A stretch of DNA of 64,000 nt from Pelagomonas calceolata. Lineage: Eukaryota. The DNA lies in NCBI GenBank assembly GCA_918797485.1, contig CAKKNE010000005.1, forward strand, positions 620,001 to 684,000, read 5' to 3'. The notes beneath the pieces are model-generated. The model worked only from the letters and a program-made list of their open reading frames with translations. It was not told where the DNA came from and did not search any database. Positions 43,564 to 55,271 of this stretch are shown piece by piece. The first letter of the stretch is position 1. Every line of letters starts with the position of its first letter. Position numbers and translations under genes: made by a program.

Positions 43564-46458
43564 ATGCTCTTCGGCGCTCATCTGGTGGAGGACCCGGACC
43601 CCGAGGCGACGCGGTTCGGGCTGAAGAGGGACGTGCCCCACTCGCCGGCGCCGACGCCCTTCACGCAGTTCCTGCGGTCGTCGCGATTTGTGAATGCGCC
43701 GGCGCCGGCGCCCGCCGGGCAGCTCTTCCCCGTGGTCCAGATGCCGCGGGTCACGGACACGTCCAATTTAGAATTCTCGCTGGACAAAACGCTCGAGGGC
43801 ATCTACGCCCGAGAAAGGCAGGAGCAATTGCAGCTGAAAACGCTCCAGACGAAGCTCAAGCTGACCGACGAACAGGCCGCCGAGATGGACCTGCTAGGAG
43901 CCGTCCGCAAAGAATTAGCGAGACAAAGGGCGGAGAACGGCGAGCCCGACGAGTTACCAAATCCCATCGTCGAGAAGCTCCAGAAGACGCTGCGAGAATT
44001 GCCACCTTTACCGGACAAAAGGAAGAAGAAGAAGCGGCCGCCCCTTCCTCGTCGAAGGAGGAAGCCTCCTCAGATGTCTGAAGTGGAAATGTTAAGGAGA
44101 GAAATGGCCAAGTCGAGGGCGAAGGCTCAGGTCTTGGAGAAGGAGATGTGTCTGTCGGCCTCGAAGGCCATGGGGGTCACAGGGCCTAGAGTGTTCCAAT
44201 CCGGCAGATTCAGTCATGCGGAGGCCTACGTCCAGGCCGCGGGCTTCGACACGCTCGTCAAGACCGTCACAAGGTTACTCAACGCTCAGTTAGGTGCTGG
44301 TTGGACGAAGTGGCGGGATTTCATCAAGTACGACCGCTGGGAGGAGGCCCAGCGCAAGTTCATGATGAAGCATGCTGCTGCCGAAGTGTGGAATGGGATT
44401 CAAGAAACATTCAACAGGTTGATCGGCATGCGCTGGGACCGGTGGACGACCGTCGTCCATCAGCAGCGATTGGAGGAGAATCGGGTCGTGGCGGACCGGA
44501 ACGCTACGACGGTCGGTAGGTATGTGCGCGGGCACATGGCTCGCTTGTATGTGGTTAAACTGGTCGCGGCGCGCTTGGCTTTGCGACGGTACAATGCCGC
44601 TTGTGTTATCCAAACGGAGGAGCGCCGGCTCCAGGCTACTGAAAGAGTGGAACGACTACGAGTTAAACGAGAACGTTATGTGGCGGCGACGATGATCCAG
44701 TCTATTGCCAGGCGTATGTTCGGGAAGCGCCGGTTCGCTTATGAGAAAGAGCTCGCTAGGCACGTCGCGTCTGCCGTCTTGGTCCAGAACTCGTGGCGCC
44801 GGAACAAGTCTTTAAGGTTAGTGCGACGGGTCCTGCGCTTCAACCGACGAGAGAAAGCCGCTTGCATGATCCAGTGCCGCCAGCGCCAGCGCACAGCTAA
44901 AAAACGCCACGACGCGTTGAAGCTCGCGAAGGACCGGAGGGACGCTTCCACTAAGATCCAATCGCTCGCGCGGGCGGTCTTCGCGCGCGTGTTGGCGGAC
45001 GAATTGTACGAAGCACGGGAAAAATACGAAAACGACCGCTACGACGCCGCGACGTATCTACAGGGCGCCTGGCGCGCGCGGGAAGCGCGCGTGCTCTTCG
45101 GTTCTAAATTAAGGAAGCTCATGGAGCGGCGGCGGCTCGAGGCGCGGTCCCAAGCGTGCATCGCGAAGTGGCACCGGGGGTGGATGGGTCGCTTACTGCG
45201 TGGAAATCAAAACTTCGTCTGCGCGACGACTCACCGATTGATGCACACAGGCCGCACGCGCTTCGCCGACGAAAAGAAGAAGCGCCTGAAGAGCATGTGC
45301 GCCGAGGCGAAGAAGGTCGAGGAGCTCTGGGACGACCAGGGCGCGGCCTTCTACTACTATGACACCGTCAGGAACCAGTCGTTCCATGAACCTCCAAAAA
45401 CTGGCTATAAGCGGAGAGATGAACTGTTAGTCCTAGCGACCGGCGAAGCCGTCGAGGACCCGGACCACGTGTTGAACGATCAACAACAAGCGGCGAACGC
45501 CGCCGCCGACGCCGCGAAGTTGTTGTTTGGCTTGTATTCCGAGAAGGCTTCGAAACCGATGGAGGAGCTCCAGGGCTTCCTCCAGGAGCGGTTAGCTTTA
45601 GGAGGGGCCGCTTCGGATGTGAGGATGGTGCAGGATGAGAGGTTTAATGAAACTTGCTCTACCCTAGAAACGTTGTCGAACGAACTATATTATGCTGGCA
45701 GGTTAGGCAGACCGGGCGCGAAGCCTCCTGTGAGGGTGGAACAGGAAGCTCTCCAACAGGAGCTTGAGAAGCGAGTCCAGGAGGCGCTGTTGCAACAGCA
45801 GTCGTCGATCTACTCGTCAACGGGCTTGGCCGAAGGTTCGACCACCACGGGCACCCTCCACCGCAAGTCCCAGATCTCCATGATGGGCTGGCAGGAGCTC
45901 TACGACGACCAGGGGAACAAGTACTGGTACGACGAGGCTACGGGCGCCAGTCAATATGAAAACCCTTATGAAGGCATGGAAAGACCTTCCCAGATGACGC
46001 AGCAATCGCCGCCCTCGAAGTTCGAACGGCCCCAGACCTCTTACTCTGAAAGGGCCGCTGGTCTGTCCAGGCCAGAAACTAGAGGAACTGAAGCTTCACA
46101 TAATAGCATCATACCTTCGGAGGAGTGGCAGCAGGCCCAAGATCATGAAGGCAACTTCTACTGGTACAATACGCGGACGAACCAGTCGCAGTACGAGGAC
46201 CCCTATGATGGGTCACGACCTGATACGGCTGGCTACCAGCTAGGCTCGCCGACGGGCGCGACGTACGATACGAACCAGGGCACCTACGACAACACCTACG
46301 ACGGGTCGAATTATGATCAAAGCGCGCCGGTCTACGCCCTCGAAGGCGCGGCGCAGTCGCCCTGGTCGAAGCACCAGGACGAGCAGGGCTATGATTATTG
46401 GTACAACGCCGAGACGCACGATAGCACGTACGACGATCCTCATGCTTTGCAGGGGTAA
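43564..46458 (+). CDS. IQ-repeat and WW-domain protein; in-frame intron 45188-45250
   Basis: Many IQxxxR motifs; WW domains (WQELYDDQGNKYWY..TGASQYENP and others). Confidence 0.85.
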   Translation: MLFGAHLVEDPDPEATRFGLKRDVPHSPAPTPFTQFLRSSRFVNAPAPAPAGQLFPVVQMPRVTDTSNLEFSLDKTLEGIYARERQEQLQLKTLQTKLKLTDEQAAEMDLLGAVRKELARQRAENGEPDELPNPIVEKLQKTLRELPPLPDKRKKKKRPPLPRRRRKPPQMSEVEMLRREMAKSRAKAQVLEKEMCLSASKAMGVTGPRVFQSGRFSHAEAYVQAAGFDTLVKTVTRLLNAQLGAGWTKWRDFIKYDRWEEAQRKFMMKHAAAEVWNGIQETFNRLIGMRWDRWTTVVHQQRLEENRVVADRNATTVGRYVRGHMARLYVVKLVAARLALRRYNAACVIQTEERRLQATERVERLRVKRERYVAATMIQSIARRMFGKRRFAYEKELARHVASAVLVQNSWRRNKSLRLVRRVLRFNRREKAACMIQCRQRQRTAKKRHDALKLAKDRRDASTKIQSLARAVFARVLADELYEAREKYENDRYDAATYLQGAWRAREARVLFGSKLRKLMERRRLEARSQACIAKWHRGWMGRLLRGNQNFVCATTHRLMHTGRTRFADEKKKRLKSMCAEAKKVEELWDDQGAAFYYYDTVRNQSFHEPPKTGYKRRDELLVLATGEAVEDPDHVLNDQQQAANAAADAAKLLFGLYSEKASKPMEELQGFLQERLALGGAASDVRMVQDERFNETCSTLETLSNELYYAGRLGRPGAKPPVRVEQEALQQELEKRVQEALLQQQSSIYSSTGLAEGSTTTGTLHRKSQISMMGWQELYDDQGNKYWYDEATGASQYENPYEGMERPSQMTQQSPPSKFERPQTSYSERAAGLSRPETRGTEASHNSIIPSEEWQQAQDHEGNFYWYNTRTNQSQYEDPYDGSRPDTAGYQLGSPTGATYDTNQGTYDNTYDGSNYDQSAPVYALEGAAQSPWSKHQDEQGYDYWYNAETHDSTYDDPHALQG
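45196..45250. mobile_element. Minimal 55-bp introner remnant
   Basis: ctgcgtggaaatcaaa begins exactly 8 nt after a GT and the element ends cacacag. Confidence 0.82.
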
Positions 46459-47076
46459 GATGTGAGTTTGTGTGTAGTTCTTCTTTTACGGCGATGGCGT
46501 TGGCGGGCTAGCTGTGCGGCTGTTGAAGCGCGGTGCGCGGGGCGGGGTCTCAGGCGAGCTCACGTCGCGCTTGGGCCCGGATCTCGTGCCTAGAGGTCTG
46601 GGACTCTCTGTCTAGCCCAGAGCGGGCGTATCGGATCGTGGCCAAATCGCACTGCGTAGCACTACGTAGCCATCGCTTGCTGTTTTTGACGACCTATTTG
46701 CATGCCTCCCGCGTCCGTAATGCAACTGCGATGTCGTCAGGGTGCCGCACGCCTACCAGACGGTGCGCAGCCGGAAGTACGGTGCGCCGCGATGAGTGTT
46801 GGCTTTGCCCTAGCGTCAGGGATCCTGCATGCTATTGAGCAGTGCCGCGCGCGCTGGATCGTAACCTGCAAGCCAAGCCGCCCTGCCGCAGCCGCAGCAG
46901 CGCTCTCCCCACTGCAGCAATGCGAATTGCATGCTCGGTCATCCAACACTCGTCGGCGCGCGCCCGTCGAACGCGGCGCGTCCGGAGACCTGGCGACGGC
47001 GGCATTGCAGACGCGCCGCACACCGACGCCCTCGTCGGGACGGCGCACTCACCCGTCCTCGTCACCGCAGGCCACG

Positions 47077-47400
47077 ATGCAGCTCCGGTCAATCCTCGTC
47101 GCCCTCGCGCTCGGCGCCTCGTCGGCGTTCATGCGCCCGGCGTCCGTCTCGCGCGTGACGGCCCGGTTTTCCGTCGAGGACAAGCTCAAGGAGATCGTCG
47201 CCGAGCAGCTCGGCGTCGAGCAGTCGTCGATCACGCCCGAGGCGTCCTTCGCCTCGGACCTCGGCGCGGACTCGCTCGACGTTGTCGAGATGGTCATGAA
47301 GATCGAGGAGGAGTTCAACGTCGAGCTGCCCGACGAGCGCGCCGAGGAGGTCCAGAACCTCAGCGACGCCGTGCGCGTCGTCACGGAGCTGACGGCCTAA
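47077..47400 (+). CDS. acpP: Plastid acyl carrier protein
   Basis: [11 protein letters not shown] phosphopantetheine site; signal peptide ending SSA-F. Confidence 0.95.
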   Translation: MQLRSILVALALGASSAFMRPASVSRVTARFSVEDKLKEIVAEQLGVEQSSITPEASFASDLGADSLDVVEMVMKIEEEFNVELPDERAEEVQNLSDAVRVVTELTA

Positions 47401-47914
47401 ACGCGAACGGGGAACAAGTCCCTCTTCGCCGTCGTCGCTGCGCGCTGGACGGGGTGCGCGGCCTGTAACAGTTTCGAGTTTAGTTCTTGTCCGGGCCGCG
47501 TCGCGTGGCTTTGCGCCGTCGTCGCGACTGTGCCTGCGGCTACGCCTGCTCGACTTATTGTGCGGGCAGTGTGGTAGAGGAGGAGAGCACATTACCGCAC
47601 GTGCAGATTGCTTCTCTCAGGCTTCGCCCTCTAGTGTCTTCCTGAAGTACAGGCCGCTAGCTCCGGCGTGCGCGCGGCTGTGAGCTTGAGCTGGGCCACG
47701 GCTGCACTTCTTTGCACCGTAAGACGTGTTGCAGAGCATCGACTCACAGATCATCGGTTTTGGGCAATCGATGCGATTATCTGATCGCGTTTTCACAAAG
47801 TGCTCTCCACAAGCAGCCAGGAGAGCAACTGCATCAAATTGCTGCAACCAACTGCTCCACTGACAGCGTAATCTTGCGGCCGCTGGACAAACAACCGCTG
47901 CTGCAACAGCAGCA

Positions 47915-48841
47915 ATGCGCCGCGCCCTAGCCGTCTGCTGCGCGTCATCTGCAGCCGCGCTCGACACGGTCTCGAGCCGCCTCCTGCGAAGAGTGAAACG
48001 CGTAGATGCTGGAGGCGACGCGTACCGGTCGGCGCGCGACTTTGTGCTGAACGGCGAGGCACTGGGGAAGGTCTTGCCGCAGGCCGCCGATGCATTAAAG
48101 CCGTTCTTCGCAGTAACAGACGACGCCGTCGCGCTGGACGCCGCGGACCCGACTGCTGTTCTCAAGGACGCCTTCGACGCATTAAGAGCGCAGGACGCAA
48201 TACCGATGCTGCGCGGCTGGAGAGACGAGCCCTTCGCGATACGGCCATCCTTTGCCGCCCCTGCGAGAGCCGTGGTCGAGCGCGCGGCCGCGCCGCTCCT
48301 GGGCGCGCCGGCGTACGGCGTCTTCTGCACGGCTTACGTGCAAGACGACAGCGGCGCGCCGGCCGAGGTCTGGCTCGGCCGCCGGTCGAAGAGCAAGCCA
48401 ACGTGGCCGGGCCTGCTCGATAGCGTGGCAGCCGGAGGTCTGGCTGCCGGCGAGCTACCGCGCGACGCCATGGCTGCGGAGTGCCAGGAGGAGGCCGGCG
48501 TGGCTGAAGACATGCTACGGGGGCTCAAGCCCGTCGGCGCCGTGTCGTACACGGGCTTCCACCAGGACCGGGACTGGGCCGTCAAGCCCGACACGCTATT
48601 TTGTTTTGACTTGGCCGTACCTCACGACTGGGCTCCTACCCCGGTGGACGGCGAGGTCGAAAGCTTCGAGCGGGTATCGATCACAGAGTTGATCGACCGC
48701 TTGGTCCAGGACGACGACGCCTGGAAGCCGAACGTGGGCTTGGTGCTCACCGACTTCCTCGTGCGCCACGGCCGCGTCCCCGCGGACGATGCCGAATACC
48801 TCGACCTCATCCGGGCGCTGCGGAACGGGGGATGTGCGTGA
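47915..48841 (+). CDS. Nudix hydrolase (DUF4743 / plant NUDT20-like)
   Basis: GWRDE, ERAAAPLLG..YGV, RRSKSKPTWPGLLD..AAGG, ECQEEAG. Confidence 0.9.
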   Translation: MRRALAVCCASSAAALDTVSSRLLRRVKRVDAGGDAYRSARDFVLNGEALGKVLPQAADALKPFFAVTDDAVALDAADPTAVLKDAFDALRAQDAIPMLRGWRDEPFAIRPSFAAPARAVVERAAAPLLGAPAYGVFCTAYVQDDSGAPAEVWLGRRSKSKPTWPGLLDSVAAGGLAAGELPRDAMAAECQEEAGVAEDMLRGLKPVGAVSYTGFHQDRDWAVKPDTLFCFDLAVPHDWAPTPVDGEVESFERVSITELIDRLVQDDDAWKPNVGLVLTDFLVRHGRVPADDAEYLDLIRALRNGGCA

Positions 48842-48901
48842 CGTTTTAATTATCAGCAAGTTTTCTTAGGACACACGACGACGGGGGAGGAGGGAGGGGG
48901 G

Positions 48902-51356
48902 TCACGGCGACGGCGGCGTAGCCGCCTCCGTGTCGTCGTCTTCCAGGGGAGACGGGGGCGCCGCTTTGACGGGAAGAGGCGCGGCGGCGACGCGGCCGCC
49001 GTGGTGGCGCTTTTGACCCGGCAGCGAGAAGCCGCACCAGTCGCCCGACGGCCCCGCCGCCGCGAGGAGCGGCATCACAAAACCGAAGGAGAAGACCAGC
49101 GAGCAGAAGATCGTCGTGAAGATGAGCAATCCGAGCTTGTAGAAGAAGGTGAGCTGGCAGGGCAGCATGAGTGCCGCCGCGCCCAGCGTCGTGGCCGCGC
49201 CGCCGACGACCGTGCCGCCCATCTTCGACACGGCGTAGCTGAAGCGGTCCATCCGCGACGAGTGCCCGGACTTGTCCGCCTCGACGTACATGTGGCACAA
49301 ATGGATCGCGTAGTCCACGCTAAAACCGATGACCATCACCCCGGCCAATGCTTCGATGACCCCCAAGTCCCACCCATAGACACTTTCCGCCGCCCCGAGC
49401 ACCGACGCGACCACTAAAGCAATGCCGACGATGGCATATAGCGACACAAGTAGATTCTGCGTCGCTAATACTAACACGCCAAATGCAATCGGAAAACAGA
49501 TCTCGAAGCCCTCGAATAACGCTTCTCGTAACGCTTCGATCGTGTCGCACCACATGAACTGGAGGCCGCCGTCATACGTCAGGTGGCCCAAGCCTTTGAT
49601 GGTGTCTCTCTGGCCTTCCACGAAATCTAATACGGTGTTGATCACTTCTCTCCTCAGGTCAATACCGCCATTCACCTTCATGGTCAACGACGTCGGTACC
49701 GTCACAAACCGTAATTGACCGTCCACAAAACCGATGAGGTCCTGCCAGGTCCGTCCGTCGGGATCGCGGCCGAGCATCATGCCCGGGTAGGTCGTCTCCC
49801 TGAAGATAACCAGGTCTTCATAGAAGTCACTGGCGGTCATGTTTATCAGTGAAGAACCCTTCCACGCCGCGAACTCCTCGTAGAAACAAGTCGTCGATTC
49901 GGGCACGTGGAGCAGCCCCATGCCGCACTCGCGTTCATCACACGGCGCCGCTCGGACCGCATCACAAAAGCCTTGCAGCTCATCACGGAACGCGAACATA
50001 TCAAAACCACCGCTCCAGCGCGCCTCACCTCTTTTGTAGTCCGGCGCGTACTCGTCGTAGTTCTCCCTCCGCAATCCTGATACGCCGAAGGTGTAGGCGA
50101 CCTCCGTGTACTCGGACGACGCCCCCACTTCATAATCGCGGGCCATACTATTAGCGAAGCCCGTGAACATGTGCTGCCGGGGAAAGAACTCCTCCTCGCC
50201 GCGCGGCATCTAGAATTTGAGATGTGGCCGCGGCCGCGAACTTGGCACTTCCGGTGTGCACCCGGATCCACAAGGCGACAAAACAAATGGTAATGGCCAT
50301 CCAGAGCGAGTCCATCTCCTGCAATCGCAACCACTCCAACCGTTGTAACAGGTACGAGAAGGCCTTGAACTCGAGGCCGTCGCGGACCCACGGTTCCAGG
50401 TACGCGGACCGGACGATACTGCCGGATACGCCAAAGTGCGTCATGAGCTTCTTTTCCACTTTCTCCACATAATTCTGGTAGGCGTCGTACTGCTCGGCCG
50501 TGCGGTCCGTGGTGGAGGCGAAGTTTTCCAGGGGCGCCCCGACGTAAAGTAAAGACCGCGTCTTCGGCGAGAGGCCCGTTTCGATCGCGCCTTTCGCCAT
50601 GAACATGCCGTGTGCGAGGCGGCCCGCCGTCGACGCGTTCGCCGCGGCGACCATGTGAAGCCACGTCTGCGCCACGGCCGCCTCGTCCAACAAATGACAC
50701 GAAGCGTTGCCCCGCGCCAGTCGCTGGAGGTGGTCCGCGCCGTAGAAGGCCGTCAGTGCGGACGCCGCCGGCGCCGCGCACGCGCCCTCATCCATCACGC
50801 AGACCCTTTGGTACGACGGCTCGCCGTAGAAGCGGGCCTCTATGTGACAAATCTTCTGCAGGTTCGGGGCCGTGAAGACGTGGGGCGCCGACTCGTACTC
50901 GACCCAAGTCGGCAAGTGCTCATCCGTGCGCGGCTCCACCGCGTCGTGGGCCGCGAGCGGGTCGACGGCCGCGACGGCCGCGCGCCGCATGTCGTGGTTC
51001 CGCGTGCTCCGCTTCGCGTCGATGACCCACTCGTACTGGTAGTTCGGGCTGAGGTCGAGGCAGCCGAGGGCGACGCCCGCGCCCGCTAATAATGAATAGA
51101 GCCCCGCGATGGCGCAACAGGCGAGGACGCGCCGCGCGACGACGAAGCGGAGGAACGCGAGGCAGGCCCGGTCCAGGCGCGAGAGCCCGTTCAGCGTCTC
51201 TGCAGAATGCGGCAGGAACGGGAGCTGGCCGAGCGTGACGCGGCGCGGCGGCGCGGGCGTCGCGTCCTTGTCGTCGGCGCGCCGCCAGAAGAGCGTGCGC
51301 GTGCGCACGGAGAAGGTGAACTTCTTGGTAGGGTCGCGCGGCTTTTCGGCGGCCAT
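48902..51356 (-). pseudogene. Dispatched/Patched-like RND transporter, frameshifted with an apparent internal deletion near 50210
   Basis: N-terminal half ends at QIL; the C-terminal half (GFSVDYAIH) continues in another frame; no intron signals visible; rest of the first TM bundle is missing. Confidence 0.65.
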
Positions 51357-51899
51357 GGTGCCCTGTGTGTGCTGTACGGCCGTCCGCGGCGCGCGAGGTG
51401 CCCTGTGGTGGGAGCTCAGCCTGGGTGTGTGCTGTACGGCCCGTCGGCGGCGCGCGAGGCTGCCCCGGCGGCGTGCGCTGGGTCGCTTGCGTCTCCGGAC
51501 GCCCTTTAGCGTCGTTCGTCGCTTATCCGGGCGGCACCCGGGCAGCGGGCACGGTTTTGGCAAGGAGGCTCATGAGACTGTGTCGTGGGAAAAAGGCCGC
51601 GCGGCGCCCGGCCGTCTCAAGTCGTAGTAGCACTCTTCCCACCGCTCACATCGCTATACTGCAGCAGTGGACAGCACGGTTGAGTCTAGTGTCTATCATC
51701 TAGCTTTTCATCAGCTGCCCAAAAGCGGGGATCGATGCAAAGCGCGGCTATAAAGCAGGGCATTCTGTGATACGTATCGTCTATCCCGCCGCACAAAGGC
51801 AGCGGACCGAGTGCACGTCGCATTGGTCGCTGCCCAACCGAAATAGCACGAATACACTGCCTGCTCTCCAAAAACAGCACCAAAAACAGCAAAATAATC

Positions 51900-54044
51900 A
51901 TGCCCGTCTACCGATGCGGCATCTGCAACGTCTTCAGCTCCTCATTGGAGCAGCACGCGCGGCACCTCAACGGCGCGCGTCACAAGAGGAACGAAGCGAG
52001 CGCTCTTGCCGGCACCGTGCGCGCTGCCTCAAACGGGGACGGCAAAGGAGCGAAACGAGCGCGGCGAGACGCGGCCGCCGTCGCTGCGTGCCTCGCGACG
52101 CTGGACGGAGCCGCGCCAATTGCTGGTCTCCCGCCGCTGCGCGACTGGCTGCTCCGCCGGGACGCGGTCCGTTCTGCGCCGCGGATCCCCCGGCGCTTCG
52201 GCGGCGACGCGCGGCGCTATGCGGACTCGTTCCGGCACGCGATGGCGGCGGAGGCCTTCGACATCATCGACCGGAGCCTGGGCGCGGGCGGCGAGGTCGC
52301 GGACCACGATGTGCTGCGCGTCGATCGACAGCAACGGCTCGTGGTGATCCTGCACCGCGAGCATATCTACCAGGACGCGTTCGTGCGATTCCTTTGCGGC
52401 GAGAGCGCGGTCGCGTTGCTGCTCGACGAGTCGAAGCCAGGGGAGCGCGCTTTTAGATGTAGGGAGGGCACGGACGACGCGTTCTTCGAGGAGATGGGGC
52501 GGCGGCGCACGGTCCGCGTCGAGTACCTGGAGTCCGTCGTCTCGCTCATCCGCGCGGACGACGCACTGCGGCGCGCGTTCCGGCGCGAGCCGCCGCCCGT
52601 CGCGCTCGCGCTGTGCCGGGACGGCGGCCGGGCGGCGCCGGAGAAACGCGACGACAGTGATCCGTGGCGCGCGGCCACGGACGCATCTGGAAGGCCGTAT
52701 TTCTACCACGCGGCGACTCGCGAAACGCGATGGACGCGGCCCACCGAGACGACAGCGGACTGGATCTCCGACGCGGTCCTGTCGGCCGTGGGCGACGTCC
52801 GGGCGCCGGCGCCGCGGCAGGCCCTCGACACGACGATCTCGCTCATCCACGGCCCGCCGGGCACGGGAAAGACGAAAGAGCTGGCCGCTTTGCTGCTGGC
52901 GTCGAAGGGCCGCGTTCTCGCCTGCGCGCCGTCGAATCGGGCCGTGATCGAACTTTTAGACAGGTTTCGGGCGCTGGGCCGGCGGCGCGCGGTGCTCGTG
53001 GGCGTCGGGAGCCAGGTCGAGACCCATGTGACCTACGCGTCATGTCGGAGTCCAGGCAGTAGGGACGCCGCGAGGTTCAGTGAGATACTGTTCTGTACCC
53101 TGGCGACCGCGGGTAGGCCGGACCTGCGCGCGATCATCGGCGCACGGGAACTGCTGGTCGTCGACGAGGCAGGGCAAGCTCTCGAGCCCGAAATCCTGTC
53201 AGCCGCCGAAGCGGCGCAGGCCCGGCGCTGCGTCCTCTGCGGAGATCCGATGCAGCTGCCGCCGACGGTCCTCTCGGCGGCCGGCGTCGAGGCTGGGCTT
53301 GCGTCGTCGCCGATGGAGCGCCTGCTCGAGGTCCGCGACGCGAGCGTCGTCGCGCTGCGGTTCCTCGACGAGCAGCGGCGGATGCACCCCGCCATCAGCG
53401 CGTTTCCGAACGCGACTTACTACGGTGGGCGCGTGCGCGACGCGCCGACACTACTAACGAGGCCGCGCCCCGACTGGCTGCCCTACTCGATCACGAAAAA
53501 CGCGTCGCCCCTCAAAAGTCGGACGGTCGTCGACGTTGCTCACGGAGAAGCACGGCACGACGGCCCGTCTCTACGCAACGAATCGGAGGTCGACGCTATC
53601 GATAGGATATTATCAACGCTGTTCCAGCGGCTGCCGCAGCGCGCTTCTGTGGACGTCGCCGTCATCTCCTTTTACAAGGCCCAAATCCAATCTCTGGAGC
53701 GCGCCCTGGCACCGATAAAGCAGCGCCTCGGCGCAGGCGCAGGACAGAGCCTGCGTATCGGCACCGTCGACGCCTTCCAGGGCTCCGAGGCCGACGTGGT
53801 TATAATCTCCGCGGTGCGCGCCGGGACGTGCGCAGACGTGGGATTCGTGGCCGACGAGCGGCGATTGAACGTGGCCCTCACGAGGGCGCGGCACGTCTTA
53901 TTCTTTGTCTGCCACGCGGAGACGCTCCGGGCGGCGACGCACCGCTCGACGGCCGGCGCGCTCGTCGCGACGGACCACGTCCGCGCGCTGATGGCGGACG
54001 CGGACGCGCGGGGCGACGTCGTTGATAGTGCGCTGTTGTTGTGA
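51900..54044 (+). CDS. Upf1/Sen1-like SF1 helicase with C2H2 finger and WW domain
   Basis: GPPGTGKT, APSNRAV, DEAGQ, GDPMQLPP, RMHP, TVDAFQGSE, RRLNVALTRA. Confidence 0.9.
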   Translation: MPVYRCGICNVFSSSLEQHARHLNGARHKRNEASALAGTVRAASNGDGKGAKRARRDAAAVAACLATLDGAAPIAGLPPLRDWLLRRDAVRSAPRIPRRFGGDARRYADSFRHAMAAEAFDIIDRSLGAGGEVADHDVLRVDRQQRLVVILHREHIYQDAFVRFLCGESAVALLLDESKPGERAFRCREGTDDAFFEEMGRRRTVRVEYLESVVSLIRADDALRRAFRREPPPVALALCRDGGRAAPEKRDDSDPWRAATDASGRPYFYHAATRETRWTRPTETTADWISDAVLSAVGDVRAPAPRQALDTTISLIHGPPGTGKTKELAALLLASKGRVLACAPSNRAVIELLDRFRALGRRRAVLVGVGSQVETHVTYASCRSPGSRDAARFSEILFCTLATAGRPDLRAIIGARELLVVDEAGQALEPEILSAAEAAQARRCVLCGDPMQLPPTVLSAAGVEAGLASSPMERLLEVRDASVVALRFLDEQRRMHPAISAFPNATYYGGRVRDAPTLLTRPRPDWLPYSITKNASPLKSRTVVDVAHGEARHDGPSLRNESEVDAIDRILSTLFQRLPQRASVDVAVISFYKAQIQSLERALAPIKQRLGAGAGQSLRIGTVDAFQGSEADVVIISAVRAGTCADVGFVADERRLNVALTRARHVLFFVCHAETLRAATHRSTAGALVATDHVRALMADADARGDVVDSALLL

Positions 54045-54084
54045 TAAGGCTAATTTAATTTCAACTTGTAAACAACACACACAT

Positions 54085-54951
54085 CTAGACCCAGTCCGCG
54101 CCGTGCGTCCCCACGACGACTTCGAGCAGCTCCGGTAGCGCGTCCACGTGGACGTTGTGGCCGCTCTCCGCGAGGACGTAGGTATGCTTCAGGCCGAGGT
54201 CCCGCGGGACCACGTCAGCCTTGCCGGCGATGACCAAACCTAAGCGATCCGCGTCGTCGAGCGCCCGAGCTTCAGGCAAGAGGTCCGTCTGGCAATGGTC
54301 ATCATACAGAGCCCTCACCGCGTCGAGGTCGTAGGAGAAGCGCACGCCGCCGTCGTCGGCCTTCTCCGTCGTCATGGCGAGCCACTGCGCCGTGGCGGGC
54401 TGCAGGCCCCGCTCGACGAGAGCCGCGACGGCGGCCTTCGTCGTGGAATAGACCTGGTCCCGCGCCGCGTCCTCGAGGATGGCCAGGACCTCGCCGACGC
54501 CGCCCGCGCCCGTGGTGATCGTGGGGTTCGAATCGAAGAGCCAGGTCCGTATCGGCGGCTCTACGCGCGCCGCGGCGTAGGCCAGCCCTACCTTCCCCCC
54601 GAAGCTGTGGCCCAGGACCAGGGGCGCCGTCCCGTCCGCGAGCAAAGCCGTCGGTTCCGACGGCGTCGGCGCGTCCGGGCCGCACGCGTGCGCCACCGTC
54701 GCGGCCACGTCGCGCGCCGCCGCGGCCACGGTGTGCGGCCCCGCGATCGTCGCGTTCGCGCCGTGGCCGCGCAGATCAATCAGAAGCACCTTGTGGTCGG
54801 GTTGGCGCTTGACGAGCTGCCTCGCGGCGGTCATCCAGTTTCGCCCTTGGCCCATTATGCCATGCAGTGATACGACGACCCGGGCCTTGGCGAAGGCGGC
54901 CTGGCCTTTCAAAGCGCCGCTCGAGACCCACTTGTGCGCGAGGACGGACAT
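54085..54951 (-). CDS. ABHD11/YbfF-like alpha/beta hydrolase
   Basis: LHGIMG, DLRGHG, GHSFGGK, GHNVH. Confidence 0.9.
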   Translation of the reverse strand: MSVLAHKWVSSGALKGQAAFAKARVVVSLHGIMGQGRNWMTAARQLVKRQPDHKVLLIDLRGHGANATIAGPHTVAAAARDVAATVAHACGPDAPTPSEPTALLADGTAPLVLGHSFGGKVGLAYAAARVEPPIRTWLFDSNPTITTGAGGVGEVLAILEDAARDQVYSTTKAAVAALVERGLQPATAQWLAMTTEKADDGGVRFSYDLDAVRALYDDHCQTDLLPEARALDDADRLGLVIAGKADVVPRDLGLKHTYVLAESGHNVHVDALPELLEVVVGTHGADWV

Positions 54952-55271
54952 CTTTTTTCCTCCGTGTTGTGCTCGCGGTGCTCTCAGAGACTTGTGCGCT
55001 CGCGGTGATGCTGCGGCGGCGTCGCGCGCCCAGGAGTGGTGCTCTCAGAGAGGGCCGGCCTGGTAGCGCCCCGCTGCCCGCAGCGCTGCGAAAAACGCAG
55101 TCGTGATGTGACTACCGCAGCCCTTGAGCTCGCGTAATAGCACGGGACGACGCGTTTGACCTGTTCTGCGACGGCGCTTGCTAGCGGTAGTAAGATACTA
55201 GCGAACAAACTCAGACGCTGCACAGCCACCACCGCTAACGTAAAACTAGGTTGAACACGAAACGCCACCAC

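Noticed and set aside
46950..47070. Possible 5' UTR intron of the ACP gene ending ccgcag at 47070
   Set aside because: The acceptor is plausible, but the donor cannot be fixed without a reading-frame constraint
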